Source: Paraspadella gotoi (taxonomy: Eukaryota; Animalia; Chaetognatha). From it: a stretch of 64,000 bases of DNA. The stretch covers positions 19,868,115 to 19,932,114 of the forward strand of contig CM119263.1 in NCBI GenBank assembly GCA_051294375.1, read 5' to 3'. Position numbers and translations under genes: made by a program. The notes below the pieces were generated by a model, which worked only from the letters and a program-made list of their open reading frames with translations, made no database searches and had not been told where the DNA came from. Of the stretch, positions 29,907 through 42,484 are shown in pieces. Numbering within the stretch: position 1 is the first letter of the stretch; each line of letters begins with the position of its first letter.

Positions 29907-30492
29907 TTATTAGTCGGATCTGATTTCAGCAGATTCCGACTCTATAATTCACTTTTGTCGGTCCGCCCCCTCAATATTGTCGGGCACTCACTTATATCAT
30001 GTCAGAACATCGAATTATGATAAATTATGTAAAAAAAAAACGATGTCCGTCCGTCCGTCCATCCGTCTGTCTCGCCTTAGCAAAAAACACCAATTACTCG
30101 TGATTGGATGGATGGATTGGTATGAAATTTTGTGTGTGGGTAGGAAACTGTGTGATTGAGATGGATATGAAGTTGGATATGTCAGTTGACCAAATTATGT
30201 CAGTTGAACAAATTATGTCAGTTAACCAAATTAAGTCAGTTCACCAAATTAAGTCAGTTGACCAAATTATGTCAGTTGACCAAATTATGTCAGTTAACCA
30301 AATTATGTCAGTTGACCAAATTATGTCAGTTGACCAATTTTGTCAGTTGACTAAATTATGCCAGCTGACAAAATTATGTCAGTTGACAAATTATGCCAGT
30401 TGACCAAATAATGCAAGTTGATTAAATTTTGCAAGTTGACCAAGTTAGCTTATTACCACTTAATTATCGTAGGCAGATCCGACAACTTGTTT
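29907..30492 (+). mobile_element. DINE-1/Helentron-associated (HINE/pearl-like) non-autonomous element with central 18-bp tandem array
   Basis: 5' subterminal repeat gtcggatctg with an adjacent partial inverted copy (cagattccgac). GTCC/GTCT microsatellite at ~30045-30070. About 14 copies of tatgtcagttgaccaaat (30178-30443). 3' inverted subterminal repeat gcagatccgac followed by aacttgttt. Sits in T-rich context. Confidence 0.75.
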
Positions 30493-30496
30493 AATG

Positions 30497-31270
30497 GAAA
30501 GACATCATTTAAAGAAAGTCAGTCTTGTATAAGAAAAAGATTTAAAAATTGATTTGACCAATGATCATGATAATTATATTTTTGCATAAAAAATGAAAAT
30601 TTAAAAAAAATGAAAAAACATCACATTTGGCCCAAAATAATTATCTCCAATCTGATGTTTTTAGAAATACAAAATGTTTGCTCGTTTTCTTTATTCTTAA
30701 TTATGAACAAAAAAATTCTGCTTTTTTTCAACTAAAAAATTCAATTATTTTAATAAATAAAAATGCCCTGTCTTCAAAAGTTGTACGTATTTTTGTTCCA
30801 AATTAATCATGGATAATCATAAAAATATAGATTTATGGCTACTACCCTCCAAATCCATGGGTCTTCTTGTAGAAAAGACATCAGAGCAAAAAAGTCAGGC
30901 TTATATGAAAAAATGATAAAAAAAAATTGATTTGACCAAGGCTCATTTATAATTATGTTTTTGCATAAAAAATAAAAATATCAAAAAATAAAAAACATCA
31001 GATTTTTCGCAAATTGATTACCTCCAATCTGATGTTTTAGAAATGCAAAATGTTTACGCGTTTTCTTTAATTATAATTATGAACGCAAAAAATAATATTT
31101 TCGAAAAACTGGAAAATTCAATTTTTTTATTAAAAAAAAATGTCCTATCATCAAAGTTGTGTATATTTTTTATTCAAATTTATCATGAATGATCACAACA
31201 ACTTAGGTTTACCGCTACTACCCTCCATTTTCGTTTTTTTTCTCATAACAAAGACATCAGTGCAAAAAAG
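30497..31270 (+). repeat. Diverged tandem duplication, ~375-bp unit (2 copies plus start of a third)
   Basis: aaagacatca..aaagt recurs at ~30497, ~30872 and ~31250. ctccaatctgatgtttt.agaaat occurs at 30645 and 31022. Confidence 0.75.
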
Positions 31271-32154
31271 TAAAATATTTTGATAAAAAGTAGAAACCTG
31301 TTTGTCAGTCCAAATTTTCTGATATATTAATTGATTATGAACAAGCCCTGATTCAAAACTGTCGCAAAAATTATGTAGAGGTAAGGGCTTGGTCTGCTCT
31401 AACAGAATATGTATTAAAAATGCGTTTTTTAAACCATTTTGTGACAGTACCATAATTTCGAAAACATACAGTAAAAAATTTGTCACACTTTTTTTCATAT
31501 TTTTTTCTATTTTGTCAACGATTGGACGTTGTTAATCTTCTCACAGGGTAATGACGGTCCTTCACATTGTAACTGAACCTTCTGAATACCAAATGGCTGC
31601 ATAATTGATAATATTGGGTAAAGGAGTTGTCTCTGAGATCAATAAATTGATGCAAAAGTAGGCTGAAACTCCCTTTTAGCTTTTATCCTGCTTGCGACTT
31701 AATTGCAAGTTAAATGATGCGAGTTGAAAAAATGATCATTGATCAAAGTTTAAAAAAAATGATGGAAAATTGAAAAAAATGATGGTAATTTAAAAAAAAT
31801 GACGGCAATTGAAAAAATGATGAAAATTGAAAAATGATGGAAATTAAAAAATGATGGAAATGAAAAAAATGATGGAAATTAAAAAAATGATGGCAATTGA
31901 AAAAAATGAAGAAAATTGAAAAAAAGATGCAAGTTGAAAAAAGAAGCCAATTAAAATATGATGAAAATTTAAACAATGATGCAAGTAAACAAGTGTTGCA
32001 AGTTAAAAAAAATGATGCTAGTTAACAATGTTTGCTCAAACTTGTTCTCATTTTAATCCCCTCACAATTGCATCCCCGCCAGCGATCGCAGTGGACTCGT
32101 GGAAAACTAGAAAGCGAATCGCAGCGCAGCGGTTATTTTTGGGATCGCTCAATC

Positions 32155-32243
<89 letters not shown>

Positions 32244-33678
32244 CACTCTGACCATTCAAAAATAGACACGCCCACTAACAATTATCAACAAAGATGAAGA
32301 TTATACGTGCTCAAATAGAGCAAAAGATTCGACGATGAAAGTGTCACAAATCGACAACCTTACGTATCACACCCTGGTTTCCTTTCTTTCTTTCTTTCGT
32401 TTATTTCGTTGGGTTTTCGAATTACAAAGATGTGCTGATGAATATTTGAACTAAAAGTAGAAACATGTACATTGTACATTGCACATTGTACATTGTACAC
32501 TATCTCAAAATAAATCGATGTTTGCTTTAATTCAAACTCTTTGTCAATGCGTATGTAATATCTTTTCTACTACCGGCTGGACAGGTTTGCCTCATAATAG
32601 AAACTGGACGACGAAGAGGGTTGGAAGATGCAGCGCTCACGTCGTTTGCATATTTAAGTTAAGAAACCAGAAGCCGGCTACGAGCTTTTTCGGTGCGAGC
32701 TGCGTCCCTTTGACCGAGTTTCAAGGTTGTTCGAAGGGAGAGAGAGTGAAAGGGAGGAGGGAATCAGAGGGCTCAAAGAGAGAAGGAGAAAGACTTTGAA
32801 GTTTGATTATATTTTAGTTTTATTGAAGAACATACTACTGAGCTCTCACTTATTTTACTATCTAACTACCCTATAAATACTAATTCAATACAAAAAAAAA
32901 AGCAAAAATATCGAGATTAATTAAGAAGAAGAAAACGGTTAAACAGAAACAGAGTAACAGTGGAATATAGAAGACAGAAGCAGAAAAGAAAGAAAACAGA
33001 GAAAAGAATAAAAGAAGATATGATTGTAATGCTATATGAAAAACGTAACAGACGTAACTTAAGAAAGAAAAGAAAAGAAAAGAAAGAAAAGAAAGAAAGA
33101 AAGAAAGAGAAGTCTTGTATTTCGCGCCATCTATCGACTCTAGAGTAAAACTCTTTTGCACAACAAAGGGCACATCGACGACCAAGTCTTTTCAGGATGG
33201 AAGATTTTTTTTTCATTCGGAAAATTCTCTATTGATAAATGTCGAAGCTCACATCCTTGGTCTTTGAAATTCCTCGGCACGGAGAGCTCGTTACACCTTG
33301 AAGATACTTAGAAATAGTTGAGACTTAAGACCGTCGAACGGGCTAATGAAGAAAGAAAGCAAATGAGATACGGGGAAGAAAGAAAGAAGAAGAACGGGAT
33401 CTTTTGGTTCAGGTGGCAGAAAATATTTTCTTTCTGTTTCCGTGGTCGGCGTTGCGTGCGAGAAAATCCACACACGGAAAGGGAAAAGGGCAAACATAAA
33501 ATGAAAAGAAAAAATAAAAAGGAAAAGCTCTTGCTTTCCTGCCAAATCATTTATTTTACTTGGTTTAAAAGAGGGAAAAAGGGAGTGAAGAAGTGAGAGA
33601 GGAAAATATGGAAGTAGCGATGAGAAAGACAGGTTAAGAAGAGAGAAAGAAAGAGGGAGAGAAAGTGGAGAGAAAAGA

Positions 33679-33743
<65 letters not shown>

Positions 33744-34990
33744 TTTTCTCTCCCAAGGATATTCAGTTCCGTTTAACAGCTGTTTGGAAAGGACGCTGAA
33801 AGAACGAGAATAACAAGTAACGACGACAGCAAAGACGACGACGACAGCAGAAATTGTTGGCGCGCGTTGTGCTCAAATTCTGAGGAGGGAAAGGGGAACG
33901 AGAAGATAAAGAAAGAGGGATCGAGAGAGAGATAGAGAGGGAGACGGAGATAGTGGGTACGAGAAACTTGAAGAAATCGAAAAACTATTTTCATTCACAA
34001 GAAGTTCTAGGCAATTGAGTTTGTAGAAATCATCCATGGTGTTAACAATGAAGGTAAAACGAGAACATATCGAAGGAATGAAGCCTTCCGAAAATTTACT
34101 AGGTTAAACACTAAAGCCTTATAAATTGGATTGAAAAGTTATGTTGTCAGAACTTTGAAGAAGTACTAGTACTCCAAAAAAATGAAAGAAAAGAAATAAC
34201 ATTTAAAAAAAAAAAAAAAAAAATAGAGGCGTCAAAACCAAATGCGCTTGCAGAAAATTAACATTTTAATTGAGCGATGGATAATAAATTCAATCTCCTA
34301 GTCAGATGCAAGATTTTCATGTAACCATTGTAGAAAAGCCATTTCGGTATTTCATATAAGACAATTTTATTTTTTCAGTTTTTACAGCTAAGCGCAAACG
34401 AAAGTTCTATTTTGTTTCATTGTGCACTGACTGCACTGTTGTCATATCCACAGAATAGTTTCGGTTGCTGACGAAAAGTCTCAAGGATTTCGGACTTTTG
34501 GATCAGAGTTGACGAAAGTGATGGTCCAAAGTTAAAAGTGATAATACAAAACGCAACATCATTGAGGCTTTAGTTCGTGGTGGCCTTTTCTAAAGCTTTG
34601 CTGTGCCGAGGATCTAAAGCCAATTGATACTAAACAAAGCATCGACGTCGCGTTGACGAGAAACTTCTTCCGCTGGAGGAAAGATAAAAAGGAGGAAAGA
34701 AAACAAAAAGAAAAGTCCTAAATTATTACGTTTTCCTCCCTCGCGTCTTCTGATACGACGTAATGAGGTTAAGTTGTTAAAGTTTCACTGATCGTCCCCG
34801 GGTTCGAGACGGGATATCATGCTGGATCTAACGTTGTTCAGTTAATTATAAAACATATAAAGGAATCTTATTACTAAAGAATAGGTTTACCAATTCGATA
34901 TGGAACTCCACCCTGAAGACTGAAAACTGGCAAAGTATTCGCGCTTGCTCTTGAGTCACAATTGTGTACACGAAGCTGAGATGATTCCCC

Positions 34991-35025
<35 letters not shown>

Positions 35026-35499
35026 CGACGACGACAGTCGAAGGAAAAAAGAACGGCTGTTCAGTAAATTTACGCCGCCGAGGGCAAAGGGGCGGGGGCT
35101 TTGGAAATTGTGATGGCGCCCGTGACCGGATGGAAGAGGAAAGTGGAAGAGGACGCCGACTCGAGTGAAAAAAAAATGGCTGCGATGGGTGATGGAAGAA
35201 TGAAGGGGGGGGGGTTGGAGGGGGGGAGGGAGCGAATCGGGGCTAAAGGCTCAAGAGAATCTTTGAGAATAAAGAGGCGCGAATTGAGAAACTCATTTTT
35301 AATGTTTTCGTCCGATAATGTCTGAGTTTTGATTGAAAAACGCTGAGGGAGCGAAAAAAACAACAAAAGCGCATTAAAACTTTGGCGAAACCGGGAGAGG
35401 GCGACGTCGATGCAAGAGATGATTGTTTTAAAGGACAGACGACGAAACTTCGGTATACATTCGGTCATCGAGGGATCGGGGAACTGAAACTGGGGGGGG

Positions 35500-35695
35500 G
35501 GGAGGTCAGTCGTATATCTAATCCGCCGGCGAAGGCGACGTCCGCCGTCAGAAGCTGCGTCGGAGAAGGCGGCGGCTGCGTTCTCGTACGGCGTCGGCGA
35601 GAATGTGCGCCGCCCGTATCGACGGTCTGGGCCGGCTGATAACTCGGAGGTGAGAGAGAGGCTGGAAAAAGCGATGGGGGAGAGAGAGAAGAGAG

Positions 35696-35750
<55 letters not shown>

Positions 35751-36374
35751 GAGAGAAGTTATTGACGAATAGAGGCGGAGAGATAAAATGACAATCGATT
35801 CTATGCTGGCGAGGACTGGATCTGCTGGCATTGCCAAAAGCGATTACAAAATGTGATGCCTAAAATTAGGTTAATAATACAGTTAACTATATTTTTGCTT
35901 AAACATAATTACAACTGCTTTTCCTAGTATCTCGTTAAGTGTCGACGTCCTCGTTTAAATTTTATAGTTTTTTAAGTTGATCCGCTTCTGAATCCTTACC
36001 CAGGGAAATTCGCTTCGTAGAACAAATCCGTTTTCTATACAGTGAATCTTCTTTCAATACAGCAGATTCCTTACTTAAAGAAATTAGACTTTTAAGACTA
36101 ATTCCATTTTTTCACATAGGAATTCGCTTCTTAGGAATAAATTAGTTTTCCAAGAACCAATTCCCCATATTTTAGAAGTACTAAATATCTCCTTCCGTGA
36201 ATCATATCATCTCATCTCCTCCGGGGGATTTCGCTTCTCCATCTCGTCCCCGTCGTTTCCCGGTAGCAAATCCTCTTCTGGCTGAGAATTTCGTCTCACG
36301 ATTTTCGCCGCCACGGCTGGAATGTGAATTATCGAGAACCGAGGCGAAAATATAAGTTGATCAGCTCTCTCTCT

Positions 36375-36456
<82 letters not shown>

Positions 36457-38808
36457 GTGTTCTGGCGACTTATTTTGGCTGAGTTCACGCTGATGCGAAT
36501 TCGACTGACGGGCGGGAGAACGATGTGAGCGGAGGGAAGCGGTGGTCGGGTCGTGGAAGAGAGACATCCGTATGATCGAAATTCTGAGTTGACCAATTTT
36601 GGCGCGTAGATATTTTGGATGTGGGAAAATGTGTCAGATAGGGGGAGAAAGTGCGCGGGTGATGTAGTGGCGTTGTGTTTCGAAGTCGCGCTGACCCTCA
36701 TGACGGTGAGTCTGTAAAAACGAAGTGACCTCTACGAAATGGAGGGGAATAATGATGACTTTTTTTTCGAGTCGTGGATTTGTTCGGAAAGGCAAAATAT
36801 TGCCGTGTAGCAACCTGGAGCTGTTGATCGAAAAAACCAAAATTCATAATTCAGTCCTGTCTGTTTTTGGCTTTAGGATTGTTTTACAATAAGAAAGAGC
36901 TTTATGAGCTGTCAGACAGTCGGCGAAAAGAAAAGTCTATGTAATAATAAAGCCATTGCGGCGAGTCCAGATTAACCGGAATTATCCGGGTAAAAACATG
37001 AATCTGTAAGCTAAAACTGCGCCGAAACAGCTGATGATCGAATCAACGGCGACCGAAAATCCGGTAGACAAAAGATTACTAGCAGAGAGGATATCCCGGT
37101 AAAAAAAAGATGATTATGTCGAACAAACGAATGAAAATTAAGAAAGGATAATGATAATTGACAGTGTGAGTCTAATCTAGGAATTGGTGTAAGACAAACT
37201 ATGAATCTGTGGGTCATGACTATCCGTTATTATTATATATCATTTATGGAATACCTTTGTAATAATGGTTTATATATATATGCAAATAAAATACGAACTT
37301 AGAGGAATAGACATAGATAAAGCTTACCTAGAAGGTGGTTAAGTATTAATTATCAGAAATAATTGGACCGGTGATACGGAATATCATGACGTTGGATGTA
37401 TGTGTTTTGTGATAATTTATCATGAAAAGGAACTTATAGCTAGACAGAGTCTCAGTTTCGCGGGCCGGGTGATTAAATCCAGTGGAAACAGGACATCTCT
37501 GATAGATTTCCAGAATATATCGTTTTGTGAACGTAGATGGGACGGAAAGGAAAAGAGCGAGAGAGAGGTTACAGGAAAAAGAGGAAATGAGGCAATTGTG
37601 GTGGAAAGGGAAGATGAATGAAAAGGGAGTCGCTAAGGACATTTGCCCAACATTTGCCAGTGGCCACCGTCTGATCTGTTGGAAAAGAAAACCCCTAAAA
37701 AACCAAGAAATATGAAGCACTGAGGTAGATTTTGACGCTCGTGTGGGGCAACATAGCTAAAAGTAAGTGAACGTCGCTTTTTTGATAAGGGTTAAAGCCA
37801 CGCAAAACGTTACGGAAGGAAAGGAGCCATGAAGGCGATTTTGTTCGAGCTCCTTCGACGTCGGAGGCGGGGGCGACGGCGCGTCGGAGGCTGCGGAGGC
37901 AAGCGGCAGAGACAGGCGGCGGATGTAGAAGCGGCCTGCGGAGGCGGAACGAGGCCTCTCTCTTCGAAGAGCGAGAAGGCGAAATGGATTAGACGAGGAT
38001 GGCAAAGTGGGCGGGGGGAGTAAAACGGATGGGGAAGAGAAGGAGGCCCTAGGTGGCGGAGGGGGGGGAGGGAAGTTGTGGGACGAGATTGGGTCAGAGA
38101 CAAAGCAGAAGATGGGGAAGGGAACGATGACATGGGGTTTGGGTAAAACTAGAGAAAAAGAGTGATGCCTAAATGAGAAAATATGTTGTTTTTGCAACTA
38201 CGTGATAGAACGAAGAGCCGGTTTTGAATGCCTGAAGGCGTGAAAAAATATATGGTGAAAAGACATGGTGAGAATATGTTGAAAATATAATGCCGAAAAT
38301 ATTGTGGTGAGAACTCTCTAGGTTTGGTTAAGTTTGAAAAGGAAGGTATGGAGATGAGATATGGTGAGATGAGACAATAAAAATATGCTAACAATGTAAC
38401 AGGATGACCACAGAATCGTCCACTTCGATGGTTGCTGATAAGTGGTGACACATAAGATAGGTTTCCAGAATAAAAGTGGGTTTGTAGAGTTGCGAAGGAG
38501 CGATTATGAATACATTCGAAATCGATACAGGGCGCTAAACGGTAAATCTTGATCATGAAATAGCCAATAGAGCTGCTCAAATGGATACGTACGTATTAAA
38601 AATAGTAAAATTCAAAGGAAAAAATGAATTCTCTAAGGAATGTTAAAGGAAACATGGGAAGGTATTACAACGGAAATTTATGATGCGATGAAAAAAAAAA
38701 AACGGCGCCGAGTGATGAAAAACAACGAATTAATTCTGATAAATTAACGATAATTTTCAATTGAGTCATTCTTGAATTAATCATTTTTTTAAAATAACAG
38801 GAGAAAAA
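35500..38808 (+). repeat. Direct copy of 15138-18390
   Basis: Both start ggaggtcagtcg..tatctaatccgcc and stay collinear to ttttaaataacag(g)gagaaaaa, then diverge. Confidence 0.93.
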
Positions 38809-41042
38809 ATAAAAATCGAAAAACAGGAAATAAAACGAAAAAAATAATAAAAATACAGATAAACTCAGCTGAAGGAATTAAGTCAGCAAAAACGAAAAGT
38901 GATGATAGAAAAATTTAATGAAAATTGATTTGTTTGTTCGTTTTTCGTTTAACGATTTCGGAAAAGCTGCGTGCCGATTTAATGTTGGAAAGTACAAAAT
39001 CCTAGGACATTCTGATTCCGAAACTCGTTTAATTATGTCTTTATGCTCCTGTTTATTTCACAAGTTGCAAAGCCGCCTCGCTTGAGATTTTCTTAAGTAC
39101 ATAAAAACGAAGCTTTGAAGAAAGGATCGATTTAACAAGCCAGGTGTACACTTTGTTTTCGAGGCAGCTTACAGTTACAGAAATCTCTTTAAAATAGTTA
39201 CTCTTGCTTTTGAATCAATATATTTGTTCCAATGTTATTACTTCGAAACTCCGTTTGATGAACAACGATGTTGATGAAAATGAATCGTGAAAATCGAGGA
39301 TTGTATCCGCCGTTCGAGATTTATTATTTCCCGTTCTTCCTCTAGCAAAACAACTTCGATCGAATACTTCGTTCGACGCCAGGGGCGCTAGTGGGCCGTA
39401 GATCTTCTCAGTTTTCAAAACAAAACAGAATCTTATTTCTTATTTAAAGGAGAAGTCATTCGAAAAACAGAAGAAGTGAATGAATCACAGTTCCCAAATA
39501 CATTCGACAAAAAAAAAATTTCAATGTAATTCAATTAGTAATTCATTAAATCCTATCTTTTCGCGTTGTGTGTTTAACATCTGCAACAATTTCCATGCAA
39601 AACTCAAGCCTTTGCCAGTATTTTTGCAGAAGCTAAAAACCAGACGAGAAATCAATGGTAAAATGATCGATCACACGTCTACTCTTTCAAGAAGGGCGCC
39701 AACATGTCCCAGTGATCCTGAGTTAAATCGATAGAGGTTCGCCTTGCATCGATTTATTACGTTGCGCGTTTAAGGCTTAATGTTCAAAGTTAGACCTGAG
39801 TAACTATTAACTACCATTTAATCCGTATAATCTTTTTTTAAAAATCGCTAGTTATTTATCTATGATCAAATGTCATGTACGAAATATCTCAAATATGAAT
39901 TTAAAAACAAAGCAAGCGTTTCCGGTTGTTGAAAATGTTATCATCATAAAAAAGAAGAAGTACTTGGAAATAAAATATCGATAGTATAGAACACTAAGAA
40001 GAAAAAATCTTTAATTTTTAAAGAAAGGTCAGTCCACTTCGCAAGGTTTTGCCTCTTCTCCATCCTTTTCTCCAGCTCTCCCTCACGCTCGAGCTGTTCT
40101 TTTGTCTTTCTTATTTTCCGCTTCAAGACTTCAATCGATCGTTGGTCTGCCCGGAAGTAGAATCGAGTTTAGGCGGCGCCTCAAGCAGCCTCTGCTATAA
40201 AAACATGGCGCCTCAAGCGGTAATTGGAATTGGATACAAGACTACAGGTTCACTTTTTGAATAATGTCAATTTAATATTTTTATTGACTAATTTTAAACT
40301 ATTGAAATAACAATTGACTTGGTTTGTAATATTCTCGATTTTATACGACACTGATATATACGGACATTTTAAGCTGTATATCTTCGGTCTATGGTGAAGG
40401 AAATCATAATACGTATTTTGATAAGAGCTCGACAAATGGATTAGGTTGCGTTCCGTCTTGCGGTACTCTTATCTTATTAAAAATAATTAGAACAATTTAA
40501 AAACAAACAAAATAACTGAAAGAACTGAAAGGCAAACAGAAATAAAAGTCGTCGAGCCTGCATCGACTTCCATTAGGTGAAAGGAAAACAAAAGGATTTT
40601 GCCATTAGACGCCACTTTGGATCTCTTTCGCTGGGGGGTGCAAGGAATTTCATCGACGTCAGCAGGTGGAAGACGCCAAGGCAAAAACGACGACGCAGTC
40701 ATTTGCACCTGGATGTTAGATTCGCAAACTAGCAAGAACCCTGCCTTATACATTTACAAATAAAAATAATTAAGATTTATTACATTTTGATTATACTCTC
40801 TAATGATTTTCAGACGTCTTCAAACGCTCACAATTCAAACTACTAAAAAACATGGTGGTCGTTCGGGTCAAACGTAACCTTGAATCTTAAAACCTTCTGA
40901 GAATTGGCTTTCAACGTTTTATTGTTGGGGGCGTGTTGATAGTTGAGTCCCTGAAAAGAAACGGGGAGCGAGAGAAAGGCAGAAAGAGAGAACGAACAGT
41001 CCAAAAGAAGGGAAGAGAGAGAGAGAGAGAGAGAGGAGGAGA

Positions 41043-41084
<42 letters not shown>

Positions 41085-41852
41085 AAAGCGAGAGCGAGTT
41101 TCCATTCGCTCTTTCATTGTTGACCAAGGCTTAGTCGTTTCCTCGGCCATCAGATGGTTTTTATGTCAGCAGGTGCACGGTCCGGTTAAGGCCGCCCCGA
41201 TTCCAGGCGTTCCTCCCCGGGGTTTTCGAGGCAACAGGTGCTTTGCAGCAGGTGCTAATCCCCGCGCTTTTAATGGAGTAGAGGCGTCGCGTCTCTCGCG
41301 GTTTTCCTCCTCAATTTCCGGTTTAAACTCGAAGTGTCGAGTGAGACAAAGAGGCCAATTTTGTTCCTAACATGGGAATTAACCCAGTAATTATAATAAG
41401 AAGGTATTATAATTACAATTATTATTACTATTAGAATAATCAATAATCATAATGGACAAAAATAAAAACAAAAACCAAGGAATATTAGGTTTTTTAAGAC
41501 CCTTTTTCTTTCACGTCAATTCTCTGTCCTCTTTCTCACCTTTCTTCTCTCCTTTTTTTCCACTCCTCCCTCACCATTTTTTTATCTCCTCTCGCTTCAC
41601 CTCCCACACACAAATATATTTCTCTCGCCTGCGTTGACCTTAATTCACCTAAAATTTCGCTAAAATTCATTATCGATATCAACAATAGCAACAGAACTAA
41701 GTCAAAACAATTCAAAAAAAAGAAAAGAAGCAATAATGAAGCATGGATTATTGATTATATTAATGCAATGGGGGGACATGTAGTGGACCTGCAGTGACCA
41801 CTAAAGCGTAGTAAAAATTATAAATTTAACTTTAATTAAAATTGTAAAAGTG

Positions 41853-42000
41853 AGGAAATATAACTCTTTTTTAAAAATTCTTTCATTAAGTTGATCAAAT
41901 ATATAAAAAACCTATATTTTAAACAGAAAATTTATATTTTAGTTTTTTAAATTTTTAACCCACTCAATGAAAGAATTTTTAAAAATGATTTATATTTCCT
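41853..42000. repeat. AT-rich imperfect hairpin repeat; one arm related to 3130-3195 and 23690-23755
   Basis: aggaaatataa..ttttaaaaattctttcatt pairs with aatgaaagaatttttaaaaa..ttatatttcct. Confidence 0.65.
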
Positions 42001-42484
42001 TAATGGTGGACTAAAATCCACCAACCGTTCATCATCGGCCATTGGTGCCGGAGGCAAGTCATTCACCTCCCAACCCAAAATTTTGATCAGACATTTAGAC
42101 ATTTTGTTCTCAAAACAGACTCAGCTTAGTAGTCAAGATAAGAGAATGAATTTTAAGCCTAATCTTGAAATCTTCAAATTGTGTTACAAAAAAGTTTTTT
42201 CTAATCTTCTATACTTTTTGAAACCTATGCCACTCACGACTAATTCCAAACCCGACTTTAAGTTTCATTGTTTCAATCCCTTCCTATCGTCGTTTTCAAG
42301 GAAAAATCTGACAGATTTTAACATTTTTTTCAAATTTGATGTTTTTTTTTAAAACCCTAAAAAAGTCCTTCGACTTAAGCCAAGTGACTATTGTTCTCCA
42401 AACTCCTCCTCATCTCTTGACTTTCCAACCCTCTCCCCAACCCCGCCCCCCGCCCCCCGCCCCCTCCCACTCACACTCCTTCAG

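Larger units (their letters stand above)
23992..35500. repeat. Large inverted repeat: arms 23992-28191 and ~31750-35500, ~3.5 kb spacer
   Basis: Identical mirror ORFs: 25865-26143(-) = 33318-33596(+) and 25911-26153(+) = 33308-33550(-). 23992-24070 matches the reverse complement of 35420-35500. Confidence 0.95.

Noticed and set aside
30104-30403. 99-aa repetitive ORF (QIMSVD)n, or a CRISPR-like array
   Set aside because: Head-to-tail 18-bp tandem repeat with no unique spacers, inside a HINE-like element; eukaryotic context and no cas genes.
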